A DNA stretch of 26,150 bases from positions 1 to 26,150 of IMG/VR virus record IMGVR_UViG_3300001472_000143. The stretch is one strand, 5' to 3'. The position numbers were made by a program, and so were the translations under genes. The stretch is from a virus (taxonomy: Duplodnaviria; Caudoviricetes). Positions 1-8,409 of this stretch are shown piece by piece. The stretch's first letter is position 1. Each line of letters starts with the position of its first letter. The notes under the pieces were generated by a model. That model did no database searches. It was not told the origin of the DNA and saw nothing but the letters and a program-made list of their open reading frames with translations.

Positions 1-2
1 AT

Positions 3-1355
3 GGTGAAAAGCTAAAACTATTAGCTCATGATGAAAGTGGTAAATGGGAAAGACCTGATAATATATTAAACAACTGGAGAGTTACAAAAACTACATTAAG
101 GTTAGGATCTAGAATTGTAGGTAAATGTATGATGGGCTCAACTTCAAACGCACTAGACAAAGGTGGAAGCAATTTCAAAAAACTATATTACAATTCAAAC
201 GTTACAGAAAGAAATAGAAACGGACAAACATCTTCTGGCCTCTATTCTCTTTTCATCCCTATGGAGTGGAACTACGAAGGATTCATGGATACTCATGGAT
301 CACCTGTCTTCATTAGACAGAAGAGTGGAGTTAAAGGAGCAGATGGTTATAAAATTACAACAGGAGTTATTGAACATTGGCAAAACGAAGTTGAAGGATT
401 AAAAAACGATCAAGACAGTTTAAACGAGTATTATAGACAATTTCCAAGAACTGAAGCTCACGCTTTTAGAGATGAAGCAAAAGATAGTTTATTTAATTTG
501 ACTAAAATATATCAACAAATAGATTTTAATGACGGCTTAAATAACGCAGCTTCTATAACAGTAGGCAACTTTCAATGGCAACAAGGTGTTAAAGATACTA
601 AAGTAGAATTTATGCCTAACAAAAATGGTAGATTTTTAATATCATGGGTGCCACCAGTTAGTTTACAAAACACTATAATAAACAAAAATGGAACTAAATA
701 TCCAGGTAACGAGCATATTGGAGCTTTTGGCTGTGACTCTTACGATATTAGCGGTACTGTTGATGGCCGCGGCTCTAAAGGAGCATTACATGGATTAACT
801 AAGTTTAGCATGGAAGACGCGCCACCTAATCATTTTTTTTTAGAATATATATCAAGACCACAAACAGCCGAGATATTTTTTGAAGATGTTTTAATGGCTT
901 GTGTATTTTATGGTATGCCAATATTAGCTGAAAATAATAAACCTAGATTATTATATTACTTTAAGCGTAGAGGCTATAGAGGTTTTTCAATGAATCGTCC
1001 TGATAAAATTTGGAACAAACTTTCCACAACTGAAAAAGAAATAGGTGGAATACCTAATTCAAGTGAAGATATTAAGCAAGCACATGCTGCTGCTATAGAG
1101 TCTTATATAGAAAACTACGTAGGACTACTAGAAAATAAATATGGAGATATGTATTTTCAAAACACATTAAAAGATTGGAGTGGTTTTAATATAAATAATA
1201 GAACCAAGTTTGATGCTACTATTAGTTCTGGCTTAGCAATTATGGCTTGTAATAAAAATAGATATAAACCAAATCCCGATAAAAAATATCAACCTATAAA
1301 ATTAGGAATAAGTAGATATAATAATTCAGGAACAATTTCAAAAATAATAGAATAG
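3..1355 (+). CDS. terL: Terminase large subunit (partial; begins upstream of the window)
   Basis: The frame of ORF 129..1355 is open back to position 3 (GEKLKLLAHDESGKW...). It shows a Walker B-like LLAHDE (18-35), a coupling motif-like GSTSN and an RNase H-type nuclease motif FGCDSYD, and lies immediately upstream of the portal. The ORF-track start at 129 is internal. Confidence 0.93.
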   Translation, partial: GEKLKLLAHDESGKWERPDNILNNWRVTKTTLRLGSRIVGKCMMGSTSNALDKGGSNFKKLYYNSNVTERNRNGQTSSGLYSLFIPMEWNYEGFMDTHGSPVFIRQKSGVKGADGYKITTGVIEHWQNEVEGLKNDQDSLNEYYRQFPRTEAHAFRDEAKDSLFNLTKIYQQIDFNDGLNNAASITVGNFQWQQGVKDTKVEFMPNKNGRFLISWVPPVSLQNTIINKNGTKYPGNEHIGAFGCDSYDISGTVDGRGSKGALHGLTKFSMEDAPPNHFFLEYISRPQTAEIFFEDVLMACVFYGMPILAENNKPRLLYYFKRRGYRGFSMNRPDKIWNKLSTTEKEIGGIPNSSEDIKQAHAAAIESYIENYVGLLENKYGDMYFQNTLKDWSGFNINNRTKFDATISSGLAIMACNKNRYKPNPDKKYQPIKLGISRYNNSGTISKIIE

Positions 1356-1359
1356 ATAT

Positions 1360-3765
1360 ATGCAAATTTCATACAACACTAACAGTTCTTTTCCTAGTCA
1401 AGTAGTACCAGACGCCGAGAAAGCTACTCTGGAATATGGTCTTGCTGTAGGTAGAGCTATAGAGGGAGAGTGGTTTAGAAACTATAGAGGTGGAGCTGGT
1501 GGTAGTGGTTACGCAATTAATTATAATAATTACCACAATTTAAGACTTTACGCAAGAGGAGAACAACCTGTACAAAAATACAAAGATGAATTAGCTATTA
1601 ATGGAGATTTATCATATTTAAATATAGACTGGAAACCAGTGCCTGTTATTGCTAAATTTGTAGATATAGTTGTTAATGGTATGTCAGAAAAGTCTTATGA
1701 ATTAAAAGCTTTTGCAGTAGATCCATTTTCAATACAACAAAGAACTCAGTATGCTAGAGATTTAATGAGAGATGTTCAAGAAAGAGAATTAGCAGAGCAG
1801 ATAAATCAAACTTTAGGTATAACTATAACAAGTCCTCAGTTTAGAGAATTAGGTTTAGAATCAGACGAAGAAGTTAAATTGCATTTGCAATTAGATTATA
1901 AACAATCTGTTGAAATAGCTGAAGAAGAATTATTAGAAGATGTTTTAAATAGAAATAAATATGAACTAACTAGACGTAGACTAGCTCAAGATTTAACTAT
2001 TTTAGGTATTGGAGCAGTAAAAACAAACTGGAGTAAGGAGAAAGGCATAATAATAGATTATGTTGATCCTGCTACTTTAATATATTCTTATACAGAAGAT
2101 CCTAATTTTGAAGATATATATTATGTTGGTGAAGTTAAAAGCATTAATTTAGCTGATTTAAAAACTCAATTTCCATATTTGTCTGATGAAGAAATGGAGC
2201 AAATACAAAAGTATCCTGGAAATTCAGAATATTTAAGAAATTGGAGTGGTAGAAATGATGAACAAACAGTTCAAGTTGTTTATTTTGAATATAAAACTTA
2301 CTCTGACCAAGTATTTAAAGTTAAAAAAACAGCTACTGGTTTAGAAAAAGCATTAGAGAAACCTGATACTTTTAGCCCACCTGAAAATGAAAACTTTGAA
2401 GTTGTATCAAGAACTATTGAAACACTATATAGTGGCGCTAAAATACTAGGACACCCTATGATGTTGAAATGGGAGTTAGCAGAAAATATGACTAGACCTT
2501 TTGCTGATACTACTCGAGTTAAAATGAATTATAACATATGTGCTCCAAGAATGTACAAAGGTAGAATTGAATCTATAGTTAGTAGAGTAACTGGTTTTGC
2601 TGATATGATACAGTTGACACATTTAAAGATTCAACAAGTATTAGCTAGAATGGTGCCTGATGGTGTGTTTTTAGATATGGATGGTTTAGCAGAAGTTGAC
2701 TTAGGTAATGGAACTAATTATAATCCTGCCGAAGCTTTAAATATGTATTTTCAAACTGGATCTATCGTGGGTAGATCGTTAACTCAAGATGGAGATCCTA
2801 ACAGAGGTAAAGTTCCTATACAAGAATTGCAAACTGGATCTGGCGGAAATAAAATTGGAACTCTAATACAAACTTATCAGTACTACTTACAAATGATAAG
2901 AGACGTAACCGGACTTAACGAAGCAAGAGATGGATCAACTCCAGATAAAGATACTTTAGTAGGTTTACAAAAGCTAGCAGCTAATGCGTCTAATACTGCT
3001 ACGAGGCATTTACAACAAGCAATGTCTTATTTAACTATAAGAACTGCTGAAAACGTTTCTTTAAGAATAAGTGATTCATTAGAATTTCCTTTTACAAAAC
3101 AAGCTTTAGAAAATAGTATATCAAGATACAATTTAGCTACTTTATCAGAAATAAGTAATTTAAATCTTCATGATTTTGGAATATTTATAGAACTAGAACC
3201 AGATGAAGAGCAACAAGCTCAATTAGAACAAAATATACAAATAGCTTTAAAAAGTGGTGGTATTGATCTAGAAGATGCTATAGATCTTAGAGAAATTAAA
3301 AATATTAAGCTAGCAAATCAAATGCTAAAAGAGCGAAGAAGAAGAAAGCAAGAAAGAGATCAAAGAAATCAACAAGCTAATATTCAAGCTCAAGCTGAAG
3401 CTAATGCAAAAGCTTCTGAAGCCTCTGCACTAGCAGAATTGCAAAAGCAACAAGGTATTGCAGAAACAACCGTTAATGTTGAGAGAGCTAAATCACAAAT
3501 GGATATTTCTGAAATGCAACAAAAAGCTGAAATAGATAAGCAATTAATGGAGCTTAAGTTTGGATATGACATGCAGTTAAAGCAGATGGATTTACAAGAA
3601 ATAGCTACAAGAGAAAAATTTATTGAAGATAGAAAAGATGAAAGAACTAAATTAGAAGGTACTCAACAAAGCGAAATGATACAACAAAGAGATATGAATT
3701 TACCTTCTATAGATTTTACCACTGGTAAATCATTAGAAAACAGCGTGCCTGGTGCAGAGCTGTAA
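1360..3765 (+). CDS. Portal protein
   Basis: 801 aa between terL and scaffold/capsid genes. Motifs PVPVIAKFVDIVVNG and MIRDVTGLNEARDG plus a long Gln/Glu-rich C-terminal coiled coil resemble P22/crAss-like portals. Confidence 0.88.
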   Translation: MQISYNTNSSFPSQVVPDAEKATLEYGLAVGRAIEGEWFRNYRGGAGGSGYAINYNNYHNLRLYARGEQPVQKYKDELAINGDLSYLNIDWKPVPVIAKFVDIVVNGMSEKSYELKAFAVDPFSIQQRTQYARDLMRDVQERELAEQINQTLGITITSPQFRELGLESDEEVKLHLQLDYKQSVEIAEEELLEDVLNRNKYELTRRRLAQDLTILGIGAVKTNWSKEKGIIIDYVDPATLIYSYTEDPNFEDIYYVGEVKSINLADLKTQFPYLSDEEMEQIQKYPGNSEYLRNWSGRNDEQTVQVVYFEYKTYSDQVFKVKKTATGLEKALEKPDTFSPPENENFEVVSRTIETLYSGAKILGHPMMLKWELAENMTRPFADTTRVKMNYNICAPRMYKGRIESIVSRVTGFADMIQLTHLKIQQVLARMVPDGVFLDMDGLAEVDLGNGTNYNPAEALNMYFQTGSIVGRSLTQDGDPNRGKVPIQELQTGSGGNKIGTLIQTYQYYLQMIRDVTGLNEARDGSTPDKDTLVGLQKLAANASNTATRHLQQAMSYLTIRTAENVSLRISDSLEFPFTKQALENSISRYNLATLSEISNLNLHDFGIFIELEPDEEQQAQLEQNIQIALKSGGIDLEDAIDLREIKNIKLANQMLKERRRRKQERDQRNQQANIQAQAEANAKASEASALAELQKQQGIAETTVNVERAKSQMDISEMQQKAEIDKQLMELKFGYDMQLKQMDLQEIATREKFIEDRKDERTKLEGTQQSEMIQQRDMNLPSIDFTTGKSLENSVPGAEL

Positions 3766-3768
3766 TTA

Positions 3769-3790
3769 TTAATTATTATATTATATTATG
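3769..3790 (+). promoter_or_regulatory. Leader motif TTAATTATTATATTATATTATG, copy 1, ending in the scaffold start codon
   Basis: Nearly identical to 7532-7558, which carries one extra 5-nt unit. Function is unknown. Confidence 0.5.
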
Positions 3791-4939
3791 TCAGAAACAA
3801 TTCAAGATAAAGAGGCTAAACCTTTAAAGATAAAAAAGCCTTCTTATAAAAAAATAGAAAACAAAGAATACAAATTAGATTTAACTAAAAAACCAGAAGA
3901 TGCCGTTCAAGAGTCAAGCCCAGAGAAAGTGGATGTGGGCGAACGATCCACAGATGGCGAGAAAGTGGGAGAAACACACGAAAAACAAACCACTGCCATT
4001 GAGAGTAAAGAAGAAATAAAATCTCCTATTACAGAAGTAGTAGAAGAAAAAACTGATGATCTTGAAAAGGAAATAAAAGAAGCAAAAAGAGATGAAAAAG
4101 TATTAGGTAAGAAGTTACCTGAAAACATCGAAAAATTAATTTCTTTTATGGAAGATACTGGTGGATCTGTTGAGGATTATGTTAGATTAAATGCTGATTA
4201 CAGCAAAGTAGATAATGATACTTTACTACAAGAGTATTATTCAAAAACAAAGCCACATTTAGATAGAGAAGAAATAAACTTTTTATTAGAAGATAAATTT
4301 TCTTTTGACGAAGATGTGGATGATGAAAAAGAAATTAAATTAAAGCGGTTAGCCGCTAAAGAAGAAATTGCAAAAGCCAAAAACTTTTTGGAAGAAACTA
4401 AGAGTAAATACTACGACGAAATCAAGTTGAGACCCGGCGTAACTCAAGATCAACAAAAAGCAATGGACTTTTTCAATAGATACAACAAAGAACAACAAGT
4501 AGCTGAAAAGCGACACGAGAAGTTTTTAGAAAAAACAAATAACTTATTTTCTGATGAATTTGAAGGTTTCGAGTTTAATCTTGGAGAAAAAAAGTTTAAT
4601 TATAAAGTTCAAAATACATCGAGTGTTGTGGAAAAACAGTCAAACTTAAACACTTTTGTTAAGAAGTTCTTAAACAATGAGGGTGAAGTTGTTGATACTG
4701 TAGGTTATCACAAAGCTATGTACGCTGCGGATAACGCCGATACTATAGCTAATCATTTTTATGAGCAAGGCAAAGCCGACGCTTTAAAAAATGTTATGGC
4801 AAAATCTAAAAATATAACAAACGAACCTAGGCCACAGGCCAATGGAGATGTTTTTATTAATGGATTAAAAGTAAGAGCAATAACGGGCGCAGATAGTTCT
4901 AAGTTGAAATTTAAAGTAAAAAACAAAAACAACAACTAA
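3788..4939 (+). CDS. Capsid scaffolding/assembly protein
   Basis: 383 aa, very Glu/Lys-rich and helical, positioned between portal and major capsid genes. The call rests on composition and synteny. Confidence 0.75.
   Translation: MSETIQDKEAKPLKIKKPSYKKIENKEYKLDLTKKPEDAVQESSPEKVDVGERSTDGEKVGETHEKQTTAIESKEEIKSPITEVVEEKTDDLEKEIKEAKRDEKVLGKKLPENIEKLISFMEDTGGSVEDYVRLNADYSKVDNDTLLQEYYSKTKPHLDREEINFLLEDKFSFDEDVDDEKEIKLKRLAAKEEIAKAKNFLEETKSKYYDEIKLRPGVTQDQQKAMDFFNRYNKEQQVAEKRHEKFLEKTNNLFSDEFEGFEFNLGEKKFNYKVQNTSSVVEKQSNLNTFVKKFLNNEGEVVDTVGYHKAMYAADNADTIANHFYEQGKADALKNVMAKSKNITNEPRPQANGDVFINGLKVRAITGADSSKLKFKVKNKNNN
3900..4019 (+). CDS. Nested 39-aa basic protein in the +1 frame of the scaffold gene (MPFKSQAQRKWMWANDPQMARKWEKHTKNKPLPLRVKKK)
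   Basis: ATG at 3900 and TAA at 4017-4019, with an A-rich leader and A at -3. It coincides with a GC island: 33/60 GC at 3901-3960 versus 11/60 at 3841-3900 and 17/60 at 4021-4080. Confidence 0.72.
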   Translation: MPFKSQAQRKWMWANDPQMARKWEKHTKNKPLPLRVKKK

Positions 4940-4950
4940 AAACATAAAAC

Positions 4951-6444
4951 ATGGCTTTTAATGTAAGCGGGTCTTTTCCTGCATCAATCGTTCCTATGCC
5001 AAAAAAAGTAACTGTACAAGACAATTATATTGACTTTCAGGATGCTAATTTTGACCAATGGACACAACAATATCTACCTGAGCTTTATGAAGCTGAAGTA
5101 GAAAGATACGGAAACCGAACTTTAGGTGGTTTCTTAAGAATGGTAGGCGCTGAAATGCCTATGACATCTGATCAAGTAATTTGGTCTGAACAAAATAGAC
5201 TACACATTGCGTATAATACTGTACAAGTAGCTAACGCTGGTGGTGGTTTTCCTGCTGTTACAGTAACTATTACTCCAGGTGCTAATCCTAATCCAAGTTC
5301 TGGTATTAGAGTTGGTGCTACACTTTTAGTTTCTGATAACGCTACTGGCTTAGTTACTACTAAATTATTAGTAACTGCTTTAGCTGGTAATAATGGATAT
5401 ACTTTAACTTGTCACGCATACGAAGGCGCTGCTTTACCAGCTGCTTTAGTAACTGGTGCTGGTTCTAACAGTTTATTCGTTTATGGTTCTATGTTTCCAA
5501 AAGGAAGTAATGGAATGGCTGGCGCTCTTGAGCCAAGCTTAACTACTTTTAAAAATTCACCAATTATCTTAAAAGATAATTATGAATTAAGTGGTTCTGA
5601 TGCTGCTCAAATTGGCTGGATAGAAGTCGCTACTGAAGACGGAACTTCAGGATACATGTGGTATCTAAAAGCTGAGTCTGAAACTAGATTAAGATTTCAA
5701 GATTATCTAGAAATGGCAATGGTAGAATCTGTACCTAACGCTAATGCTGCTACTTTTGGAGCTAATTTCTTTCCTACTGACGGTGTTGGTGGTGGTGCTA
5801 ATAATGCTGCTATCTACGGAAGTACTGGATTATTCTCTGCTATAGAGACTAATGGAAATGTATATTCTGGTTTTGCTGGAGCTGCTGCTCCTGGTTCTGG
5901 TGCTTTAGGTGATTTCGATGAAATCCTTAAAAACTTAGACAAGCAAGGTGCTATTGAAGAAAATATGTTATTCTTATCAAGATCTACGGCTCTTGATTTT
6001 GATGATATGTTAGCTGCTACTAATGGGTCTTATAACTCAACTCAGTCAGCTTCTTACGGTTTATTTGAAAATGACGGTGATATGGCATTAAACTTTGGAT
6101 TTTCAGGTTTTAGAAGAGGTTCTTATGACTTCTACAAAACTGATTGGAAATATCTAAATGATGCTACTACTAGAGGTCTTGACAAAGAGATTGATGGTGT
6201 AATGGTTCCTGCTGGAACAACTACAGTATACGATCAAATGTTAGGTTCTAACATCAGACGTCCTTTCTTACACGTAAGATATAGAGCTTCTGAAACTGAA
6301 GATAGAAGAATGAAGTCTTGGATCACTGGATCTGTAGGTGGAGCTTTCACATCTGATTTAGATGTAATGAGAGTAAACTTCTTATCTGAAAGATGTTTAG
6401 TTACTCAAGCTGCTAACAATTTCGTATTGTTTAAAGGAGCTTAA
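4951..6444 (+). CDS. Major capsid protein
   Basis: 497 aa following the scaffold and followed by a terminator. Codon choice is strongly biased (GCT/GGT/TCT). The C-terminal FLSERCLVTQAANNF and internal RLRFQDYLEMAM resemble HK97-fold capsid proteins of Bacteroidota podophages. Confidence 0.88.
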   Translation: MAFNVSGSFPASIVPMPKKVTVQDNYIDFQDANFDQWTQQYLPELYEAEVERYGNRTLGGFLRMVGAEMPMTSDQVIWSEQNRLHIAYNTVQVANAGGGFPAVTVTITPGANPNPSSGIRVGATLLVSDNATGLVTTKLLVTALAGNNGYTLTCHAYEGAALPAALVTGAGSNSLFVYGSMFPKGSNGMAGALEPSLTTFKNSPIILKDNYELSGSDAAQIGWIEVATEDGTSGYMWYLKAESETRLRFQDYLEMAMVESVPNANAATFGANFFPTDGVGGGANNAAIYGSTGLFSAIETNGNVYSGFAGAAAPGSGALGDFDEILKNLDKQGAIEENMLFLSRSTALDFDDMLAATNGSYNSTQSASYGLFENDGDMALNFGFSGFRRGSYDFYKTDWKYLNDATTRGLDKEIDGVMVPAGTTTVYDQMLGSNIRRPFLHVRYRASETEDRRMKSWITGSVGGAFTSDLDVMRVNFLSERCLVTQAANNFVLFKGA

Positions 6445-6456
6445 TTAGTATATAAT

Positions 6457-6485
6457 GAGAGTGGCTTTTTGTCACTCTCTTTATT
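6457..6485 (+). terminator. Intrinsic terminator after the major capsid gene
   Basis: Stem GAGAGTGGC (6457-6465) pairs with GTCACTCTC (6471-6479) with one G-U pair and a 5-nt loop, followed by TTTATT. Confidence 0.8.
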
Positions 6486-6506
6486 AATCTTTTAAATATA
6501 GAAATT

Positions 6507-6862
6507 ATGGCAAATGGAATAATAAAACTTCCTTTTGGTTCGGCAAAGCCGTTACCAAATGATCAACAGCTTTTCTTAACCTATGTGTAGATGATGTTTA
6601 TGCTGTAGATTTTGTTTCTACAACAACAATGGATTTATATTATGGTGTAGAAGATAATGCTGGTGCATATCTAAAACTAACACTAACCTATGCTGCGGCA
6701 GAAGTAACTGAGGCTGACGCTATCAGATTAAATGCTGCTATTGCAGAAGCTTCTCAACAGCCATCTGGTTCAGTACTTTTTGAACTAAACAGTGATACAG
6801 GAGCTGCTACATCTCATTTGAGCGCAACAGCACCTTACACTATTGGAACAGGAACTATTTAA
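6507..6862 (+). pseudogene. Small capsid-accessory protein interrupted by a 1-nt frameshift near 6560-6588 (about 118 aa if repaired)
   Basis: ATG 6507 reads MANGIIKLPFGSAKPLPNDQQLFLTYV to TAG 6588-6590. The -1 frame is open from 6563 (STAFLNLCVDDVYAVDFVSTTT-MDLYY...) to TAA 6862. The joined protein parallels the next gene (MSNYLKIPM...YIPVDDI). ORF-track 6629..6862 is only its C-terminal part. Confidence 0.7.
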
Positions 6863-6880
6863 CATTTAAAATTAAAAATT

Positions 6881-7495
6881 ATGAGTAATTATTTAAAAAT
6901 ACCAATGTTAGAAACTGGATTAGTTCATGGTATGGATATAAGCACAGATTTATCAGCTGATACTACTAGTGCAACTGCTGGTACTTATACTGTAGGTACC
7001 GCGGCTGGAACATTAGCTATAACTAGAAGTGGTTCACCTGTAGTTCTTGGAGCTGCAGTTAAATTAACTGTAGTCGTAGGTAATGGACAGACAACTATTG
7101 GTGGAACCGGTGGATCTATCACAGTAGTAGATGGTGGTGAAGGTTTAGCGTCGGGAGACGTAATGACTATCGCTGCTGCTGCTCTTGGTGGTTCAAGTAC
7201 AGCTGCTACAGTAGGTGTAGATGCTGCTAATCTTAATAGCGGTTCTTCTAATTGGGTTGCTACTAGATACATACCTGTTGATGACATCATTTTAACGAAT
7301 CCTAGTGATTCTAACACTGTAGTTTTAACTGGTGCTACTTCAATGACATATACGATTACTTTTGGTAATCAATTTGCATCTGAAGAACAAGTTGCTGGTT
7401 TAGTAGACGCTCAAGTTGCTAAAGCTTGGTCTGCTGAAAACTCTATTCCAGTAATGGAATTAAGTTTCAAACCTCAGTCAATTGTGTTGGCTTAA
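6881..7495 (+). CDS. Putative capsid decoration/accessory protein with an inserted Gly/Thr-rich beta module
   Basis: 204 aa, rich in Ala/Gly/Thr/Val, downstream of the capsid gene. Its ends resemble the 6507 gene, while residues ~19-120 resemble the insert in 8410..9471. Confidence 0.6.
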   Translation: MSNYLKIPMLETGLVHGMDISTDLSADTTSATAGTYTVGTAAGTLAITRSGSPVVLGAAVKLTVVVGNGQTTIGGTGGSITVVDGGEGLASGDVMTIAAAALGGSSTAATVGVDAANLNSGSSNWVATRYIPVDDIILTNPSDSNTVVLTGATSMTYTITFGNQFASEEQVAGLVDAQVAKAWSAENSIPVMELSFKPQSIVLA

Positions 7496-7505
7496 CAACA
7501 ATAAT

Positions 7506-7533
7506 AAGATCCTGTTTAGGCAGGATCTTTTTT
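7506..7533 (+). terminator. Intrinsic terminator
   Basis: AAGATCCTG (7506-7514) pairs perfectly with CAGGATCTT (7521-7529), with a T run to 7533. Confidence 0.85.
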
Positions 7534-7558
7534 AATTATTATATTATATTATATTATG
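7532..7558 (+). promoter_or_regulatory. Leader motif TTAATTATTATATTATATTATATTATG, copy 2
   Basis: Matches 3769-3790 apart from one extra ATTAT unit and ends in the ATG at 7556. Confidence 0.5.
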
Positions 7559-8353
7559 GAAACAAAAGAAAAGAAAAAGTCTGCGCCAAAGGCTGCAGCA
7601 AAACCTGAAGTAAAAAAAGATCTTTGGGAATATAAAGATAGAAATTATTATTTAAAAGGTGGTAAATCACCTTTAACATATACATTACCTAGTAGACATT
7701 CTAATAGATTTAATCTTGTTTGGTTTGATCCAGACTTAGGTTATGAAAGAGAATTAAGATATGCTACTAATCAAAAATCATGTTTTGTAGACGAACAAAA
7801 AGGACAAGTCACATTAAAGCATGTAGTATTTGAAAAAGGTATGTTAATTGTTAGAAAAGAACAAAGAAATTTACAAGAGTTCTTGGAAAAACATCCTCAC
7901 AAAGGTATTATCTTTGAAGAGTTCGATGCTGTTAGTGAAGCTATTGACGAAGTAGAAACTATAGAGCATGAAATGATAGCTTTAAATTTAGCCTACGAAA
8001 TGGATATAGATAAATCAGAAGCTATATTAAGAACAGAGATTGGATCAGAAGTGAATAGATTAGGTTCTAAAGAACTTAAGAGAGATATACTTTTATTTGC
8101 TAAAAGAAATCCATTATTGTTTATTAGTTTAGCTGAAGACGAAAATGTAGAGCTTAGAAACTTTGCTATTGTAGCTAGAGAGCAAGGTATAATTACCTTA
8201 GACGCTGATCAAAGAACATTTAAATGGGCAACTAATGGTCGTAAACTAATGACTACGCCATTTGATGAAAGTCCTTATTCTGCTATGGCTTCTTGGTTTA
8301 AAACCGACGAAGGACTTGAAGTTTACAAGTCTATAGAGAAAAAAATGAAATAA
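7556..8353 (+). CDS. Hypothetical morphogenesis-cluster protein
   Basis: 265 aa ORF with a Lys/Ala-rich N-terminus, flanked by terminators on both sides. No motif was recognised. Confidence 0.8.
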   Translation: METKEKKKSAPKAAAKPEVKKDLWEYKDRNYYLKGGKSPLTYTLPSRHSNRFNLVWFDPDLGYERELRYATNQKSCFVDEQKGQVTLKHVVFEKGMLIVRKEQRNLQEFLEKHPHKGIIFEEFDAVSEAIDEVETIEHEMIALNLAYEMDIDKSEAILRTEIGSEVNRLGSKELKRDILLFAKRNPLLFISLAEDENVELRNFAIVAREQGIITLDADQRTFKWATNGRKLMTTPFDESPYSAMASWFKTDEGLEVYKSIEKKMK

Positions 8354-8367
8354 CAAGTAATTATAAT

Positions 8368-8397
8368 AAAGGTGGTTTAATCGCCACCTTTTTTTTT
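8368..8397 (+). terminator. Intrinsic terminator
   Basis: AAAGGTGGT (8368-8376) pairs with GCCACCTTT (8383-8391), with a T tract to 8397. Confidence 0.85.
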
Positions 8398-8409
8398 AAA
8401 AATATTAAC

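Noticed and set aside
129-131. ATG 129 as the terminase start
   Set aside because: The frame continues upstream through the Walker B-like motif to the window edge.
163-402. 79-aa +1-frame ORF inside terL
   Set aside because: It has no recognisable motif and overlaps a conserved ATPase region, so it is most likely a shadow ORF.
3712-3731. Imperfect palindrome GATTTTACC-ACT-GGTAAATC near the portal 3' end
   Set aside because: It is short, AT-rich, bulged, inside coding sequence and has no U tract, so it is compatible with chance.
6421-6444. T7 gene 10-style frameshift extension of the major capsid protein (TTTAAAG near the 3' end)
   Set aside because: T_TTA_AAG is not in the capsid reading phase, and a terminator follows immediately.
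6588-6590. Stop-codon reassignment (TAG recoding as in some crAss-like phages)
   Set aside because: Reading through this TAG meets more TAGs and a TAA without joining the downstream coding frame. All long genes are open under the standard code, and TAG and TGA each terminate a gene.
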